A stretch of DNA of 64,000 nt from Ignavibacteriota bacterium (lineage in GTDB: Bacteria > Bacteroidota > Ignavibacteria > UBA10030 > UBA6906), in contig CAWDEM010000004.1 of the NCBI GenBank assembly GCA_963801355.1, forward strand, positions 384,001-448,000, given 5' to 3'. The notes beneath the pieces are model-generated. The model was not told the origin of the DNA, did no database searches, and worked only from the letters and a program-made list of their open reading frames with translations. This document shows positions 38,874 to 49,317 of this stretch, piece after piece (the stretch's first letter is position 1; every line of letters starts with the position of its first letter). The position numbers and the translations under genes are program-made.

Positions 38874-38876
38874 ACC

Positions 38877-39743
38877 ATGAGACTCCTGGTGTTGGGTCAT
38901 CTTTCCCTCGATGTCCTCCATCCGATCGAAGGCAACGAACTGGAGGAGCCCGGGGGGCTCTTTCGCTCCGTGGCGGTGCTCTCGTCACTTTGCAATAAGT
39001 CCGACCGCATCGTTCCCGTGGCGGGCGTGGGGACAAAGGAATACGCCCAGATTGTCACGCGCTTCGAAGCAATGCCCTGCGTCGAAACCGGCGGGCTATT
39101 CCGTCAGAATGTGCCGATCCACCGCGTACATTACTACTTCCGGAATGCACAGGATGTTGTCGAATGTGCCCGGGAGCTTGCTCCACCGATTCCGTTCCAG
39201 CGCATTAAGCCACACCTCGATGTCGATGGCATCCTGATCAATATGGTGTCCGGTGCCGACATCGCGCTCGAGACGCTCGATGAAATCCGGATGGCCGTGC
39301 GCAATGATGGTATCCCGATCCATCTCGACTACCATAATCTTACCACCGCTGTCAATGACCGTCAGGAGCGCATTCGCAGACCACTTGTGGAATGGCGCCG
39401 ATGGGCATTTATGATGGATACGGTGCAGTGCAACGAAGAAGAAATCGCCAGTCTGACCATGGAAGGGCTGCCGGAGCTGGCAACGATCGGCCACATGATG
39501 ATGCTGGGGGTCAAAGCGGTCCTGGTGACCCGCGATGCCCGCGGCGTCACGCTGTATACCAGCCAGCACAAGAGCGTGGTACGCGAGGACATTCCCGTGC
39601 CGGCCGGTGGCGGATCCCGGCTGGTGATCGGACACGGCGATGTCTTCGGCGCGGCATTCTGGCTTTTGTACCGCAAGTCCCGTGATCTGCTTGCCTCCGC
39701 CACAGAAGCGGTCCGGTACGTCGCGGAACACAAACGCTTCTGA
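38877..39743 (+). CDS. PfkB/ribokinase-like carbohydrate kinase, divergent
   Basis: VLGHLSLD, QCNEEE, VTRDARG, IGHGDVFGAAF (GxGD motif). Confidence 0.7.
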   Translation: MRLLVLGHLSLDVLHPIEGNELEEPGGLFRSVAVLSSLCNKSDRIVPVAGVGTKEYAQIVTRFEAMPCVETGGLFRQNVPIHRVHYYFRNAQDVVECARELAPPIPFQRIKPHLDVDGILINMVSGADIALETLDEIRMAVRNDGIPIHLDYHNLTTAVNDRQERIRRPLVEWRRWAFMMDTVQCNEEEIASLTMEGLPELATIGHMMMLGVKAVLVTRDARGVTLYTSQHKSVVREDIPVPAGGGSRLVIGHGDVFGAAFWLLYRKSRDLLASATEAVRYVAEHKRF

Positions 39744-39757
39744 CAAGGAGACGCCCC

Positions 39758-40492
39758 GTGAATATTGCGCTCATCGGTTACGGTAAGATGGGGAAAGAAG
39801 TAGAGAATGCCGCTGTTGGCCTCCGGATCAAGGTCAGCGCGGTCTTTGATGAGAACAACAACAGGGGCGGTGCCGGTCTGACGAAGGAATCCTTGAAGGG
39901 GGTCGACGTGTGCATCGAGTTTTCCACCCCCGCCACGGTACTGGACAACATCAGGGCAGTGATTGCGTCCGGAAAGAATATCGTTGTCGGTACGACGGGA
40001 TGGTATAACCGGCTTGACGAGGTGAGGAAGCTCGTGAAGGAGAAAAAGACCGGGTTCCTGTATGCGCCGAATTTTGCGCTGGGGGTGAATATCTACTCGC
40101 AGATCGTCATGGATGCATCGCACCTGATGGACCGGTACGCGGACTACGATGTGGCGATGCAAGAAATGCACCAGCGTTCCAAAGCGGACAGCCCGAGCGG
40201 GACGGCACTCTCGATTGCCGGCGTCATACTCCAGAATTTGAAACGCAAGTCGGAGATTGTCACGGAGCTCGGCCACGAACCGATAAAGCCGCACCAGCTT
40301 CAGATCGGTGCATCACGGGTGGGAAATGTGTTGGCGCGTCACACCGTCATCTTTGACTCCGAGAGCGATACGATTGAACTGGTGCACACCATGAAGAACC
40401 GGCGGGGACTCGCGACCGGAGCGCTTGTGGCCGCGGAGTGGTTGAAAGGAAAGAAGGGGTTCTACACCATGCGGGATGTTGTACTGACATAG
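39758..40492 (+). CDS. dapB: 4-hydroxy-tetrahydrodipicolinate reductase
   Basis: GYGKMG, IEFSTP, VGTTG, APNFALG, EMHQRSKADSPSGTA. Confidence 0.93.
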   Translation: MNIALIGYGKMGKEVENAAVGLRIKVSAVFDENNNRGGAGLTKESLKGVDVCIEFSTPATVLDNIRAVIASGKNIVVGTTGWYNRLDEVRKLVKEKKTGFLYAPNFALGVNIYSQIVMDASHLMDRYADYDVAMQEMHQRSKADSPSGTALSIAGVILQNLKRKSEIVTELGHEPIKPHQLQIGASRVGNVLARHTVIFDSESDTIELVHTMKNRRGLATGALVAAEWLKGKKGFYTMRDVVLT

Positions 40493-40507
40493 CGGAGCGC
40501 CTCACGC

Positions 40508-41425
40508 ATGAACACGACCGTGGAACGCATACTTGTTGTAGGAAGCAACGGACTGCTCGGCCAGAAGATGGCCGAGCAACTTATTCGTGGTACATCGTAT
40601 CACATCACACTTGCATCGATTGAGCAGGCGCCGGTCCGGGAACTCGAATCCGCCCCGTATGTACAATTGGACATCACCGCTCACAAAGAGGTGCGTGCCC
40701 GCGTTGCAGACATCCGTCCGGATGTGATCATCAACTGTGCGGCGATGACGAATGTCGACGCATGCGAAACAGAGCGCGAGCTGGCGTGGAAAATCAACGT
40801 CAGCGGTGTGGAGTACCTTGCTGAGGCGGCCAAGAAGCACGGCGCCCGCATGGTGCATCTGTCCAGCGATTACGTGTTTGACGGCAAAACCGGCCCGTAT
40901 GCGGAAGACGACCGGCCCGAGCCGTTGAGCTACTACGGCAAATCGAAGCTCGCAAGCGAGAACGTGCTGCGGAGCGCGGGCATTCCGTACATCGTGGCCC
41001 GGAGTATGGTCCTGTACGGCCAGGCACCCGGCGTGAAAGCCAACTTCGCACTCTGGCTGATACAGAGTCTGCAGGCGCGTCAGACGGTGCGGATCGTTGA
41101 CGACCAGACCGGCAACCCCACGCTGGTCGATGATCTTGCGTACGGGCTCCTCCGCGCCGTCGAACTGGAGAAGACGGGACTCTACCACCTTGCCGGGCGC
41201 GATATACTCAGCCGGTACGAGTTCGCTGTCCGGCTGGCACGGGTGTTCGGACTTGATGAGGCACTGGTCCTTCCGATCAAGACCGCGTCATTGAAACAAC
41301 CAGCCGCCCGTCCGCTGAAATCCGGACTGATTACGCTTAAAGCCGAAGTAGAGCTCGGGTTCAAGCCCTCCTCCGTCGACCACGGGCTGGAGGTGCTGAA
41401 GAGTCAGTTGCGTTACGCGCGTTGA
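40508..41425 (+). CDS. rfbD: dTDP-4-dehydrorhamnose reductase
   Basis: GSNGLLG, NCAAMTNVD.CE, SSDYVFDG, YYGKSKLASE, DQ.GNPT, RP. Confidence 0.9.
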   Translation: MNTTVERILVVGSNGLLGQKMAEQLIRGTSYHITLASIEQAPVRELESAPYVQLDITAHKEVRARVADIRPDVIINCAAMTNVDACETERELAWKINVSGVEYLAEAAKKHGARMVHLSSDYVFDGKTGPYAEDDRPEPLSYYGKSKLASENVLRSAGIPYIVARSMVLYGQAPGVKANFALWLIQSLQARQTVRIVDDQTGNPTLVDDLAYGLLRAVELEKTGLYHLAGRDILSRYEFAVRLARVFGLDEALVLPIKTASLKQPAARPLKSGLITLKAEVELGFKPSSVDHGLEVLKSQLRYAR

Positions 41426-41493
41426 ACGGCGGGCGTACGCCGGGCGGCCCGGGGTACGCGCCTTTCCCTGCACCAGATACCAGAGAACATCCT

Positions 41494-42762
41494 ATGCTCG
41501 ATATCAGACTTCTCCGGGAACACCCGGACCTCATTCGCGCAGGCATCATGCGCAAGGGCGAACAACCGGCGAACGTCGACGAGGCACTTGCTCTTGATGA
41601 ACAGCGCCGCCAGCTTTTGCAGCACGCAGAGGCGCTCAAGAGCAGGAAGAACACTGTATCGCAACAGGTCGCGGCAATGAAGGCGCGAAAAGAGGATGCC
41701 GGTGCCGTCATCGCCGAAATGCGCACCGTTGCGGAGGAGATCAAGAAGCTCGATAGCGACCTGCGCACCGTCGAAGACCGGTTGCACGCAACCATGCTGC
41801 AGATTCCGAATATTCCGCACGAGTCCGTTCCCGATGGCCGCACTCCCGCGGACAACAAGGAAATTGCCGTGTGGGGAGCCCCTCCCGTGATCGACTTTGT
41901 CCCCCGGCCGCACTGGGAACTTCTGGAGTCGCTGGGAATTGTGGACTTCGCCCGTGGCACCAAGATCACCGGGGCCGGTTTTCCCGTGTTCGTGGGGAAG
42001 GGCGCGAGGTTGGAGCGGGCACTGATCAACTTCTTCCTTGATGAGGCGGCGGCACAGGGATACACCGAACTCCTCCCTCCTCTCATGGTCAATGCGGCGA
42101 GTGCCACAGGGACGGGTCAGCTGCCCGACAAGGAAGGGCAGATGTACGCTGTTCCGGGCGATGAGCTCTATCTTGTCCCGACGGCCGAAGTCCCCGTGAC
42201 GAATTTCTATCGCGATGAGATGTTGCCGGAAACCCTGTTGCCGGTGAAGCTGTGTGCGTATACGCCCTGCTTCCGGCGGGAGGCAGGCTCGTACGGAAAG
42301 GATGTGCGCGGACTAAACAGAGTCCATCAGTTTGACAAGGTGGAACTGGTCAAACTGGTGCATCCCCGGGACTCGTATGATGAGCTGGAGGACATGCGTG
42401 TGTGCGCGGAACAGCTGCTCAGGAAACTTGAACTGCATTACCATGTGTTATTAATGTGCAGCGGCGATCTGGGATTCACGCAGACCAAGAAGTACGATCT
42501 CGAGGTCTGGTCCATTGGCCAGGGGAAGTGGCTTGAAGTATCATCCATCAGCAACTTCGAAGCGTTCCAGGCCCGCCGCCTGAATCTCCGCTTCCGCCCG
42601 GGTGCAGGAGGCAAACCGGAGTTCGTCCACACACTGAACGGATCGGCGCTGGCATTGCCGCGCATCGTTGCGGCGCTGCTGGAACAGAATCAGACACCGG
42701 AAGGGAAAGTCATTGTACCGCATGTGCTGCACAAGTACACCGGTTTCGAAATCATCGGGTGA
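41494..42762 (+). CDS. serS: Serine--tRNA ligase
   Basis: MLDIRLLR, PTAEVP, FRREAGSYG, RVHQFDKVE, EVSS, HTLNGSALA. Confidence 0.97.
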   Translation: MLDIRLLREHPDLIRAGIMRKGEQPANVDEALALDEQRRQLLQHAEALKSRKNTVSQQVAAMKARKEDAGAVIAEMRTVAEEIKKLDSDLRTVEDRLHATMLQIPNIPHESVPDGRTPADNKEIAVWGAPPVIDFVPRPHWELLESLGIVDFARGTKITGAGFPVFVGKGARLERALINFFLDEAAAQGYTELLPPLMVNAASATGTGQLPDKEGQMYAVPGDELYLVPTAEVPVTNFYRDEMLPETLLPVKLCAYTPCFRREAGSYGKDVRGLNRVHQFDKVELVKLVHPRDSYDELEDMRVCAEQLLRKLELHYHVLLMCSGDLGFTQTKKYDLEVWSIGQGKWLEVSSISNFEAFQARRLNLRFRPGAGGKPEFVHTLNGSALALPRIVAALLEQNQTPEGKVIVPHVLHKYTGFEIIG

Positions 42763-42765
42763 CGA

Positions 42766-44526
42766 ATGAAGTCGCTTCTCAGACTCCGTCCGTATCTCGC
42801 GCGGTACAAGAAACTTCTGTTCTGGGGTCTTGCGACCGTCGTGATGAGCAATATCTTCGGTGTCGTGCAGCCTCTCGTTGTGGGGTACGCAATTGACGAG
42901 CTGAAGGCGGGCATCGAGGCGCACCGGTTCACCTCCGGACATCTGCTGCTCTACGCCGGTCTCGTCGTGGGATTCTCGCTTGTGGCGGGATCCTTCACTT
43001 TCCTGACCCGCCAGACCATCATTGTGGTGTCGCGGCATATCGAATTCGACCTCCGTAACGATTTCCTTACCCACATACAGAAGCTCCATCTGGCGTTTTT
43101 CCAGAACACCCCCACCGGGGATTTGATGGCGCACGCAACAAACGACATCAGTGCCGTGCGCAATGTGCTGGGACCGGGCATTATGTATCCGACCGACACC
43201 TTCATGACTCTCATTATGGTGCTCAGCATCATGCTGGTCAAAGACTGGCAACTGACACTCCTGGCGCTGGTGCCGTTCCCGTTTGTGTCGGTGGGTGTCT
43301 ACTTTCTGGGGAAGTGGGTGAACAAGATATTTAAGGACCGGCAGGAGACGTATGCGAAGCTGACGACGCGTGCCCAGGAAAGCCTGTCCGGCATCCGGGT
43401 GATCAAAGCATACGTTCGCGAGGACTACGAGACGAAGATGTTCCGGAAGTTGTCGTGGGACTATCTGAAGAAGAACCTCGTGCTCGCCCGTGTGCAATCG
43501 GTGATGTGGCCGCTGATGTTCATCCTGGTTGGTTTTTCGATGGTCCTGACGCTGTACTTCGGCGGCCTCCGCGTGATCGAAGGAAAGCTGAGCATCGGAT
43601 CGCTCACCGCGTTTTTTGTATATCTGATGATGCTGATCTGGCCGATGATTGCGTTCGGTTGGGTGATCAACATCTTGCAGCAGGGCGCCGCATCGATGGC
43701 ACGTCTGGTGAAAATCCTGGATACGCCTCCGGCAATCAGCGACATCACCGCCACAAACCGCGCCATCACCGTGTTGCACGGTGCCATAGAATTCCGCAAC
43801 GTGTCGTTCCGCTATAGTCCGTCAGCCCCCTATGTCCTGAACGATGTGTCGCTCACCATTCCTGCCGGCACAACACTCGCGGTAGTCGGATACACCGGTT
43901 CCGGCAAGAGCACGCTGGTGAATCTCATTCCCCGGCTGTACGATCCCACGCAAGGGAGCGTGCTGATCGACGGTACGGATATCCGCACTATTCCCCTGAC
44001 CGTGTTGCGGCAGAGCATCGGGTACGTTCCACAGGAGACGTTTCTGTTCTCGGAGTCGATCGCCGACAATATCGGATACGGTGCCGATCACCTTTCGGAC
44101 GGAGCAATTTCCCGGGCGGCGGACACTGCGCAACTGGCGAAGGATGTGGCGGAGTTTCCGAAAGGATTCCAGACAATGCTCGGTGAGCGCGGGATCACGC
44201 TCTCGGGTGGCCAGAAACAACGGGCCGGCATTGCGCGCGCGGTGGTGCTTGAACCGAAGATCCTTATTCTCGACGATGCGCTGTCCGCCGTCGATACCGT
44301 CACCGAGGAAGAGATTTTGAAGCGCCTGCGCGGGGTCATGCGTGACCGTACGAGCATCATTATCAGTCATCGTATCTCGACAGTCAAAAATGCCGACAGG
44401 ATCGTCGTGCTCATGGATGGACGGATCGCCGAAAGCGGGACGCACGAGGAGCTCGTTGCACTCGGCGGCATCTATGCGGAATTGCACCGGAAACAGTTAT
44501 TGGAAGAAGAGATCGCACACCTCTAA
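42766..44526 (+). CDS. ABC exporter, fused TMD-NBD (MdlA-like)
   Basis: GYTGSGKS, LSGGQKQR, ILDDALSAVD (degenerate Walker B). Confidence 0.9.
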   Translation: MKSLLRLRPYLARYKKLLFWGLATVVMSNIFGVVQPLVVGYAIDELKAGIEAHRFTSGHLLLYAGLVVGFSLVAGSFTFLTRQTIIVVSRHIEFDLRNDFLTHIQKLHLAFFQNTPTGDLMAHATNDISAVRNVLGPGIMYPTDTFMTLIMVLSIMLVKDWQLTLLALVPFPFVSVGVYFLGKWVNKIFKDRQETYAKLTTRAQESLSGIRVIKAYVREDYETKMFRKLSWDYLKKNLVLARVQSVMWPLMFILVGFSMVLTLYFGGLRVIEGKLSIGSLTAFFVYLMMLIWPMIAFGWVINILQQGAASMARLVKILDTPPAISDITATNRAITVLHGAIEFRNVSFRYSPSAPYVLNDVSLTIPAGTTLAVVGYTGSGKSTLVNLIPRLYDPTQGSVLIDGTDIRTIPLTVLRQSIGYVPQETFLFSESIADNIGYGADHLSDGAISRAADTAQLAKDVAEFPKGFQTMLGERGITLSGGQKQRAGIARAVVLEPKILILDDALSAVDTVTEEEILKRLRGVMRDRTSIIISHRISTVKNADRIVVLMDGRIAESGTHEELVALGGIYAELHRKQLLEEEIAHL

Positions 44527-46322
44527 TGCACGAAGAAGAGTCCCTGGGGAAAGCATATGACGGCGCCCTGATGCGGCGCCTGCTGCGGTATCTCAAACCG
44601 TACGCCTGGTATGTCGTTGCCGGCATTATGCTCAGCATTCTGGTCTCGGCGATGGAAGCCATCCGTCCGTATTTTGTGAAGATCGCGGTGGATGAAAATA
44701 TCGCCCAGAAGGATGCGCAAGGCCTTCTCAGGACCATACTTCTCTTCGCAGCGGTCATGTTCGGGCGGGGGGTGATTCAGTATGCGAACGGCTATCTGAC
44801 ACAGTGGATCGGCCAGCGGACGATTTTTGACCTGAGGATGGAAGTGTTCGAGCACCTCCAGCGGCTGGGCTTGCGGTTCTTTGACCGGAATCCCATTGGC
44901 AGGCTCATCACCCGTGTCACCAATGATATCGAAGTGCTGAACGAAATGTTCTCGTCGGGGATCGTGATGGTGTTCAGTGACATCTTTACGATCATCGGCA
45001 TCTTGTACTTCATGTTCGCGATGAACTGGGAGCTTGCGCTGGTTTCGCTGAGCGTGCTTCCCCTGCTGTTCTACGGCACATTCCTCTTCAGAAAGAAGGC
45101 CCGTGAGGCGTACCGGGAGGTGCGGATCTTCATTGCGCGCATCAATGCGTTCATGCAGGAGCACATCACCGGGATGATGGTGGACCAGGTCTTCAACCGC
45201 GAGCCGAAAGCATTCGCACAGTTCCGTGCGATCAACGCGGATCACCGCGACGCCAACATCAAATCCATCTTTTATTATGCGCTCTTCTATCCCGGTGTCG
45301 ACCTGATCGGCGCAATTGCCGTCGGGTTGATCATCTGGTATGCCGGTGCAAATGCTCTGGGCGGCACGATGACCGTGGGAACGGTCATTGCGTTTCTGCA
45401 GTTTAACGAGATGTTCTGGCGGCCGATCCGCGACCTGTCAGAGAAATACAATATCATGCAGACGGCCATGGCCAGCTCGGAACGTGTCTTCCGTTTGCTG
45501 GATGACCGGACAATGATTCTGGATAGGTCTGACGCGGTGGCCCTGCCGTCGGTACGCGGAGATATCACGTTCAACAACGTCTGGTTTTCGTACACACCGG
45601 CCGGGGACGGAGCGGAACCCGAGTGGGTGCTCCGGGATCTGTCGTTTTCCATCCGCGCAGGTGAAACGGTAGCCATCGTCGGCCACACCGGTGCCGGCAA
45701 GACCACAATCATCAGTCTCCTCGCGCGCTTTTATGACATCCAAAGGGGGGAAATCCTCGTGGATGGGGTGGATATCCGCACGGTGAAGCAGGCGGATTTG
45801 CGGCGCCATATGGCGGTGGTGCTGCAGGACGTGTTTTTGTTCTCCGGCGACGTCGCCACAAACATCGGCCTGGGGAACGACGCCATCCCCGAAGAGCGCA
45901 TCCGCGCCGCCGCGCGGGTTGTGGGTGCCCACCGGTTCATTGAACAGCTTCCCGACACCTATCACGGTGAAGTGAAGGAACGCGGCGCAACACTGTCGGT
46001 AGGCCAGAAACAGCTGATCTCGTTCGCGCGCGCTCTCGCAGTACATCCCCGCATCCTGGTTCTCGACGAAGCCACCTCCAGCGTCGACACGGAGACGGAA
46101 ATCCTTATCCAGCAGGCGATTCGGAAGCTGCTCCGGGGGCGGACGTCGATTGTGATCGCGCACCGCCTCTCCACTATTCAATCGGCCGACAAAATTATCG
46201 TGATGCACAAAGGCGAGCTCCGGGAGGTCGGAACACATCAGGAGCTCCTCGCTCTCGGCGGCCTCTACTACCGCCTGTACCAGCTCCAGTACAAGGACCA
46301 GGAACTGGTGCGGCCCCGCTGA
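44526..46322 (+). CDS. ABC exporter, fused TMD-NBD (MdlB-like)
   Basis: GHTGAGKT, LSVGQKQL, LDEATSSVD; coupled to the previous gene, likely heterodimer. Confidence 0.9.
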   Translation: MHEEESLGKAYDGALMRRLLRYLKPYAWYVVAGIMLSILVSAMEAIRPYFVKIAVDENIAQKDAQGLLRTILLFAAVMFGRGVIQYANGYLTQWIGQRTIFDLRMEVFEHLQRLGLRFFDRNPIGRLITRVTNDIEVLNEMFSSGIVMVFSDIFTIIGILYFMFAMNWELALVSLSVLPLLFYGTFLFRKKAREAYREVRIFIARINAFMQEHITGMMVDQVFNREPKAFAQFRAINADHRDANIKSIFYYALFYPGVDLIGAIAVGLIIWYAGANALGGTMTVGTVIAFLQFNEMFWRPIRDLSEKYNIMQTAMASSERVFRLLDDRTMILDRSDAVALPSVRGDITFNNVWFSYTPAGDGAEPEWVLRDLSFSIRAGETVAIVGHTGAGKTTIISLLARFYDIQRGEILVDGVDIRTVKQADLRRHMAVVLQDVFLFSGDVATNIGLGNDAIPEERIRAAARVVGAHRFIEQLPDTYHGEVKERGATLSVGQKQLISFARALAVHPRILVLDEATSSVDTETEILIQQAIRKLLRGRTSIVIAHRLSTIQSADKIIVMHKGELREVGTHQELLALGGLYYRLYQLQYKDQELVRPR

Positions 46323-46367
46323 GTCGCGCACAACATCCAGACACTGGCGTCATGGAGGACTCTAAAC

Positions 46368-47390
46368 GTGATCCCGCCAACCCCCTTCCACCAGAAGTTC
46401 ATGACCCTGGAACGCCATATCATCGAAGGCGAACGCAGTCACCCTGGGGCGACCGGCGAATTGTCCGGCCTCCTCACCGGTCTGCTCATTGCCACCAAGC
46501 TCGTGTGGCGCGAGGTCACCAAAGCGGGACTCGTGAATATTCTGGGTGCGACCGATCGGATGAACATCAGCGGCGACATCGTCAAGAAGCTGGACGATTT
46601 CGCCGATCAGACGATCTACAGGTGCATGGATCACCTGGGTCATCTCTGCGTCATGGCCTCCGAGGAGAACGAGGACCTGCTGCACATCCCTGCGAACTAT
46701 CCCAACGGAAAGTACGTGCTTCTCTACGATCCGCTGGATGGATCGGGGAACATCGATGCCAATATCACCATCGGATCCATTTTCTCCGTGTATCAGCGTG
46801 TGACGGCATCCGGGCCGGGAACCATGCAGGACGTCCTGCAGCCGGGACACCGGCAGGTGGCGGCGGGCTATGCTCTGTTCGGTTCGAGCATGATGTTCGT
46901 GTACACCACCGGTCACGGAGTGCATGGCTTCACCCTTGATCCGAGTGTCGGAGAATTTCTCCTTTCGCACGAAAATATTCGGATTCCGAAAAAGGGGTCC
47001 ATCTATAGCACCAATGAGGGGAACTTCTCCCGCTGGACACCGGGTATGCAACGATACCTTCAGTATCTCAAACAGGAAGACGCTGCAACGAATCGTCCAT
47101 ATTCCGCGCGGTATGTCGGGTCGATGGTGGCTGACGTGCACAGAACCCTGCTGTACGGCGGCATCTACTGCTATCCCGGAGACACCAAGAATGCACAGGG
47201 GAAGCTCCGCCTGATGTATGAGAACAACCCTCTTGCATTTCTCGTCGAGCAGGCAGGGGGATCCGCCATTGACGGATCCGGAAGAATCCTGGATGTGGTG
47301 CCCGAATCACTGCACGAGCGCTGTCCGTTGTTTATTGGCAGCGAGGAAGATGTCCGATGCGCCCAGGAGTTCCTGGCAGGGAAGCGTTAA
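46368..47390 (+). CDS. fbp: Fructose-1,6-bisphosphatase class 1
   Basis: KKLD, ASEE, DPLDGSGNID, YVGSMVAD.HR.L..GG, GKLRLMYE.NP. Confidence 0.95.
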   Translation: MIPPTPFHQKFMTLERHIIEGERSHPGATGELSGLLTGLLIATKLVWREVTKAGLVNILGATDRMNISGDIVKKLDDFADQTIYRCMDHLGHLCVMASEENEDLLHIPANYPNGKYVLLYDPLDGSGNIDANITIGSIFSVYQRVTASGPGTMQDVLQPGHRQVAAGYALFGSSMMFVYTTGHGVHGFTLDPSVGEFLLSHENIRIPKKGSIYSTNEGNFSRWTPGMQRYLQYLKQEDAATNRPYSARYVGSMVADVHRTLLYGGIYCYPGDTKNAQGKLRLMYENNPLAFLVEQAGGSAIDGSGRILDVVPESLHERCPLFIGSEEDVRCAQEFLAGKR

Positions 47391-47402
47391 CAGCGTAGGA
47401 AA

Positions 47403-47443
47403 CGAAAAGCCCCGCTGCCGGTTGATCGGCGGCGGGGCTTTCG
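47403..47443. terminator. Bidirectional intrinsic terminator
   Basis: AAAGCCCCGCTGCCG-loop-CGGCGGCGGGGCTTT between convergent genes. Confidence 0.8.
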
Positions 47444-47467
47444 TGTGTACAGAGGGGATGACGAGGA

Positions 47468-48184
47468 TTATTTCATCCGCGCAAGCTTGTCCTTGGCCTT
47501 GTCCACCAGCGGACTGGTAGGGAAATCTGATATAACTTTCTCGTACGCTTCCTTTGCCGCCGCGCTGTTACCCAGGAGGGCTTCACAATTGCCGGCCATC
47601 AGCGTAGCGTCGGCCTTTTTTTCGGACCGTGGGAGGCCAAGCACGAGTTTGAATTGCTTGAGTGCGGTATTGTAATCCTTCATGCCGTAGTAGGACTCGC
47701 CGATCCAATACTGGCAGTTGTCGGCTAATTTCGGTTCCACGTCGCTATTGAGAAGTGCTTCCATGTCCGCGATGGCACCCTGGAAATCCCTCGCATTGAA
47801 CTTCGAGAGGGCGGCATCGTACCCGGATCCGGATGACGAACTTGTAGAGGTTGGTGCTGGAGCAGGGGTTGCGACTTTTGCTGTGGCGGCTGCTGGTGCC
47901 GCGAGGGCATCATTCAATTTGGTCTCCAATTCGGCATTCCGCGCGGTCAGCTGGCGGTTCTCTGCGGCAACGGCCTCGAGCTGATCCCGGGTCCGGTTGT
48001 TCTCATTCTTGAGACTGTCGATTCGATACTCGAGCATCGAGATCGGTGTCACCGCAGGCTGGTCGGTCCACTCTTCCATTGATTCCTCAGAAGACCCGCA
48101 TCCGGCCACGGTCAATGCAAACAGCATGACGAGGATGGGGACGAGTCCGTTCATGCCACGAAGACGGAGCGCGTTGCAGCTCAT
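47468..48184 (-). CDS. CpoB/YbgF-like TPR lipoprotein
   Basis: Lipobox VAGC, coiled coil, ADNCQYWIGESYY TPR pattern. Confidence 0.75.
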   Translation of the reverse strand: MSCNALRLRGMNGLVPILVMLFALTVAGCGSSEESMEEWTDQPAVTPISMLEYRIDSLKNENNRTRDQLEAVAAENRQLTARNAELETKLNDALAAPAAATAKVATPAPAPTSTSSSSGSGYDAALSKFNARDFQGAIADMEALLNSDVEPKLADNCQYWIGESYYGMKDYNTALKQFKLVLGLPRSEKKADATLMAGNCEALLGNSAAAKEAYEKVISDFPTSPLVDKAKDKLARMK

Positions 48185-48254
48185 GAGACTTCCTCCTTGG
48201 TAAAGGGATGGGATAATCAGCGATTGGCTAATGTATCAAAAGGGGGGTGCAATG

Positions 48255-49190
48255 TCAAGCTGCGCCACGACTTAGCTGCTGCGCGCGCCGGGCCAGCCGG
48301 CGTGCAACCGCGGCAACGATTCTATCAGGAACCCCATCGACATGGAATGACTGCAACCGCATATCACAAACCTCGTTCACGTAATCCACCGCCACAAACC
48401 TGCGGGCATCAGTAATGGCAATCTCCGTGGAAAAAAAATCCAGCCCGCACACGGACGCAACGATGCGGGTAACGTTGTTCAGCTCAATGAGTTCCCACCG
48501 GCGCTGTTCTGATGAAGTGACTCCGGCGTAGATATGAGTGCCGGGATCCCACCAGCACGGAATGATCATTCCGCATACGCCGAACACGCGGAACCAACTT
48601 TTCCGGCCATCGAGCACCGATGGCCGGATCTCTTCCTGCAGCAGGTATTTGTCGTTCTTGTGGTGCTGCCGGGAATCGATGACATCCTTGAGCGTTTCCG
48701 CACCGAGAATGACACCCACGCCACCACCGGTGGTATTCGCCGGTTTGATGATAAACGGCCGGCCGAGGCGTGCGAGTTCGCTGAGTGTCAGTTCCACCTC
48801 GCGCTTCTTGTTGAAAGGCGACACGATGATGGTGTACGGGACCTGAATTCCCGCCGTAATGAACTCGAGGTGCATGGACGCTTTGTCCGATGCGTGGCGG
48901 ACTGCTTCGGGGGGGTTCAGGTACTTTGCGCCGTGGCGTGCCAACGTCCGCATCAAGGGCGCAAAATGTTCGTCGGTCTCCGCTGTGCGGTCAAGCAAGA
49001 CCTCCAGGCGCAACCGTCCCTGCTGGATGGCATGGAGGGTCTCGTCGCAGTTGTGATGAGAAATCGAGTAGGTGCGCAACCCGAGCGCCTGTGCCGACGA
49101 TTCGAGCAAGCGCACAAATTCCCGGTCGTGCTCCCAATCCCACGCGATAGCAAAGTCAATGCGTTGTGGTGTGGTCCGGGAAGGGTCCAT
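48255..49190 (-). CDS. ATP-grasp-fold protein of unknown function
   Basis: YLNP...ASDK, IQVPYT, PFIIKP..GGG.GV, YLLQE.I, LDFFSTE, DYVN. Confidence 0.65.
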   Translation of the reverse strand: MDPSRTTPQRIDFAIAWDWEHDREFVRLLESSAQALGLRTYSISHHNCDETLHAIQQGRLRLEVLLDRTAETDEHFAPLMRTLARHGAKYLNPPEAVRHASDKASMHLEFITAGIQVPYTIIVSPFNKKREVELTLSELARLGRPFIIKPANTTGGGVGVILGAETLKDVIDSRQHHKNDKYLLQEEIRPSVLDGRKSWFRVFGVCGMIIPCWWDPGTHIYAGVTSSEQRRWELIELNNVTRIVASVCGLDFFSTEIAITDARRFVAVDYVNEVCDMRLQSFHVDGVPDRIVAAVARRLARRAQQLSRGAA

Positions 49191-49317
49191 GACCCAATTC
49201 TACAGAATATTGCAGTCTGATGCCACTAGCCCGGTAACCGGCCGCCTCTCCGGCTTGTTATTCATAGGGGTAATGGGTATATTTTTTGCTACGATGAAGT
49301 GTAGGAGATTGTAGGCT

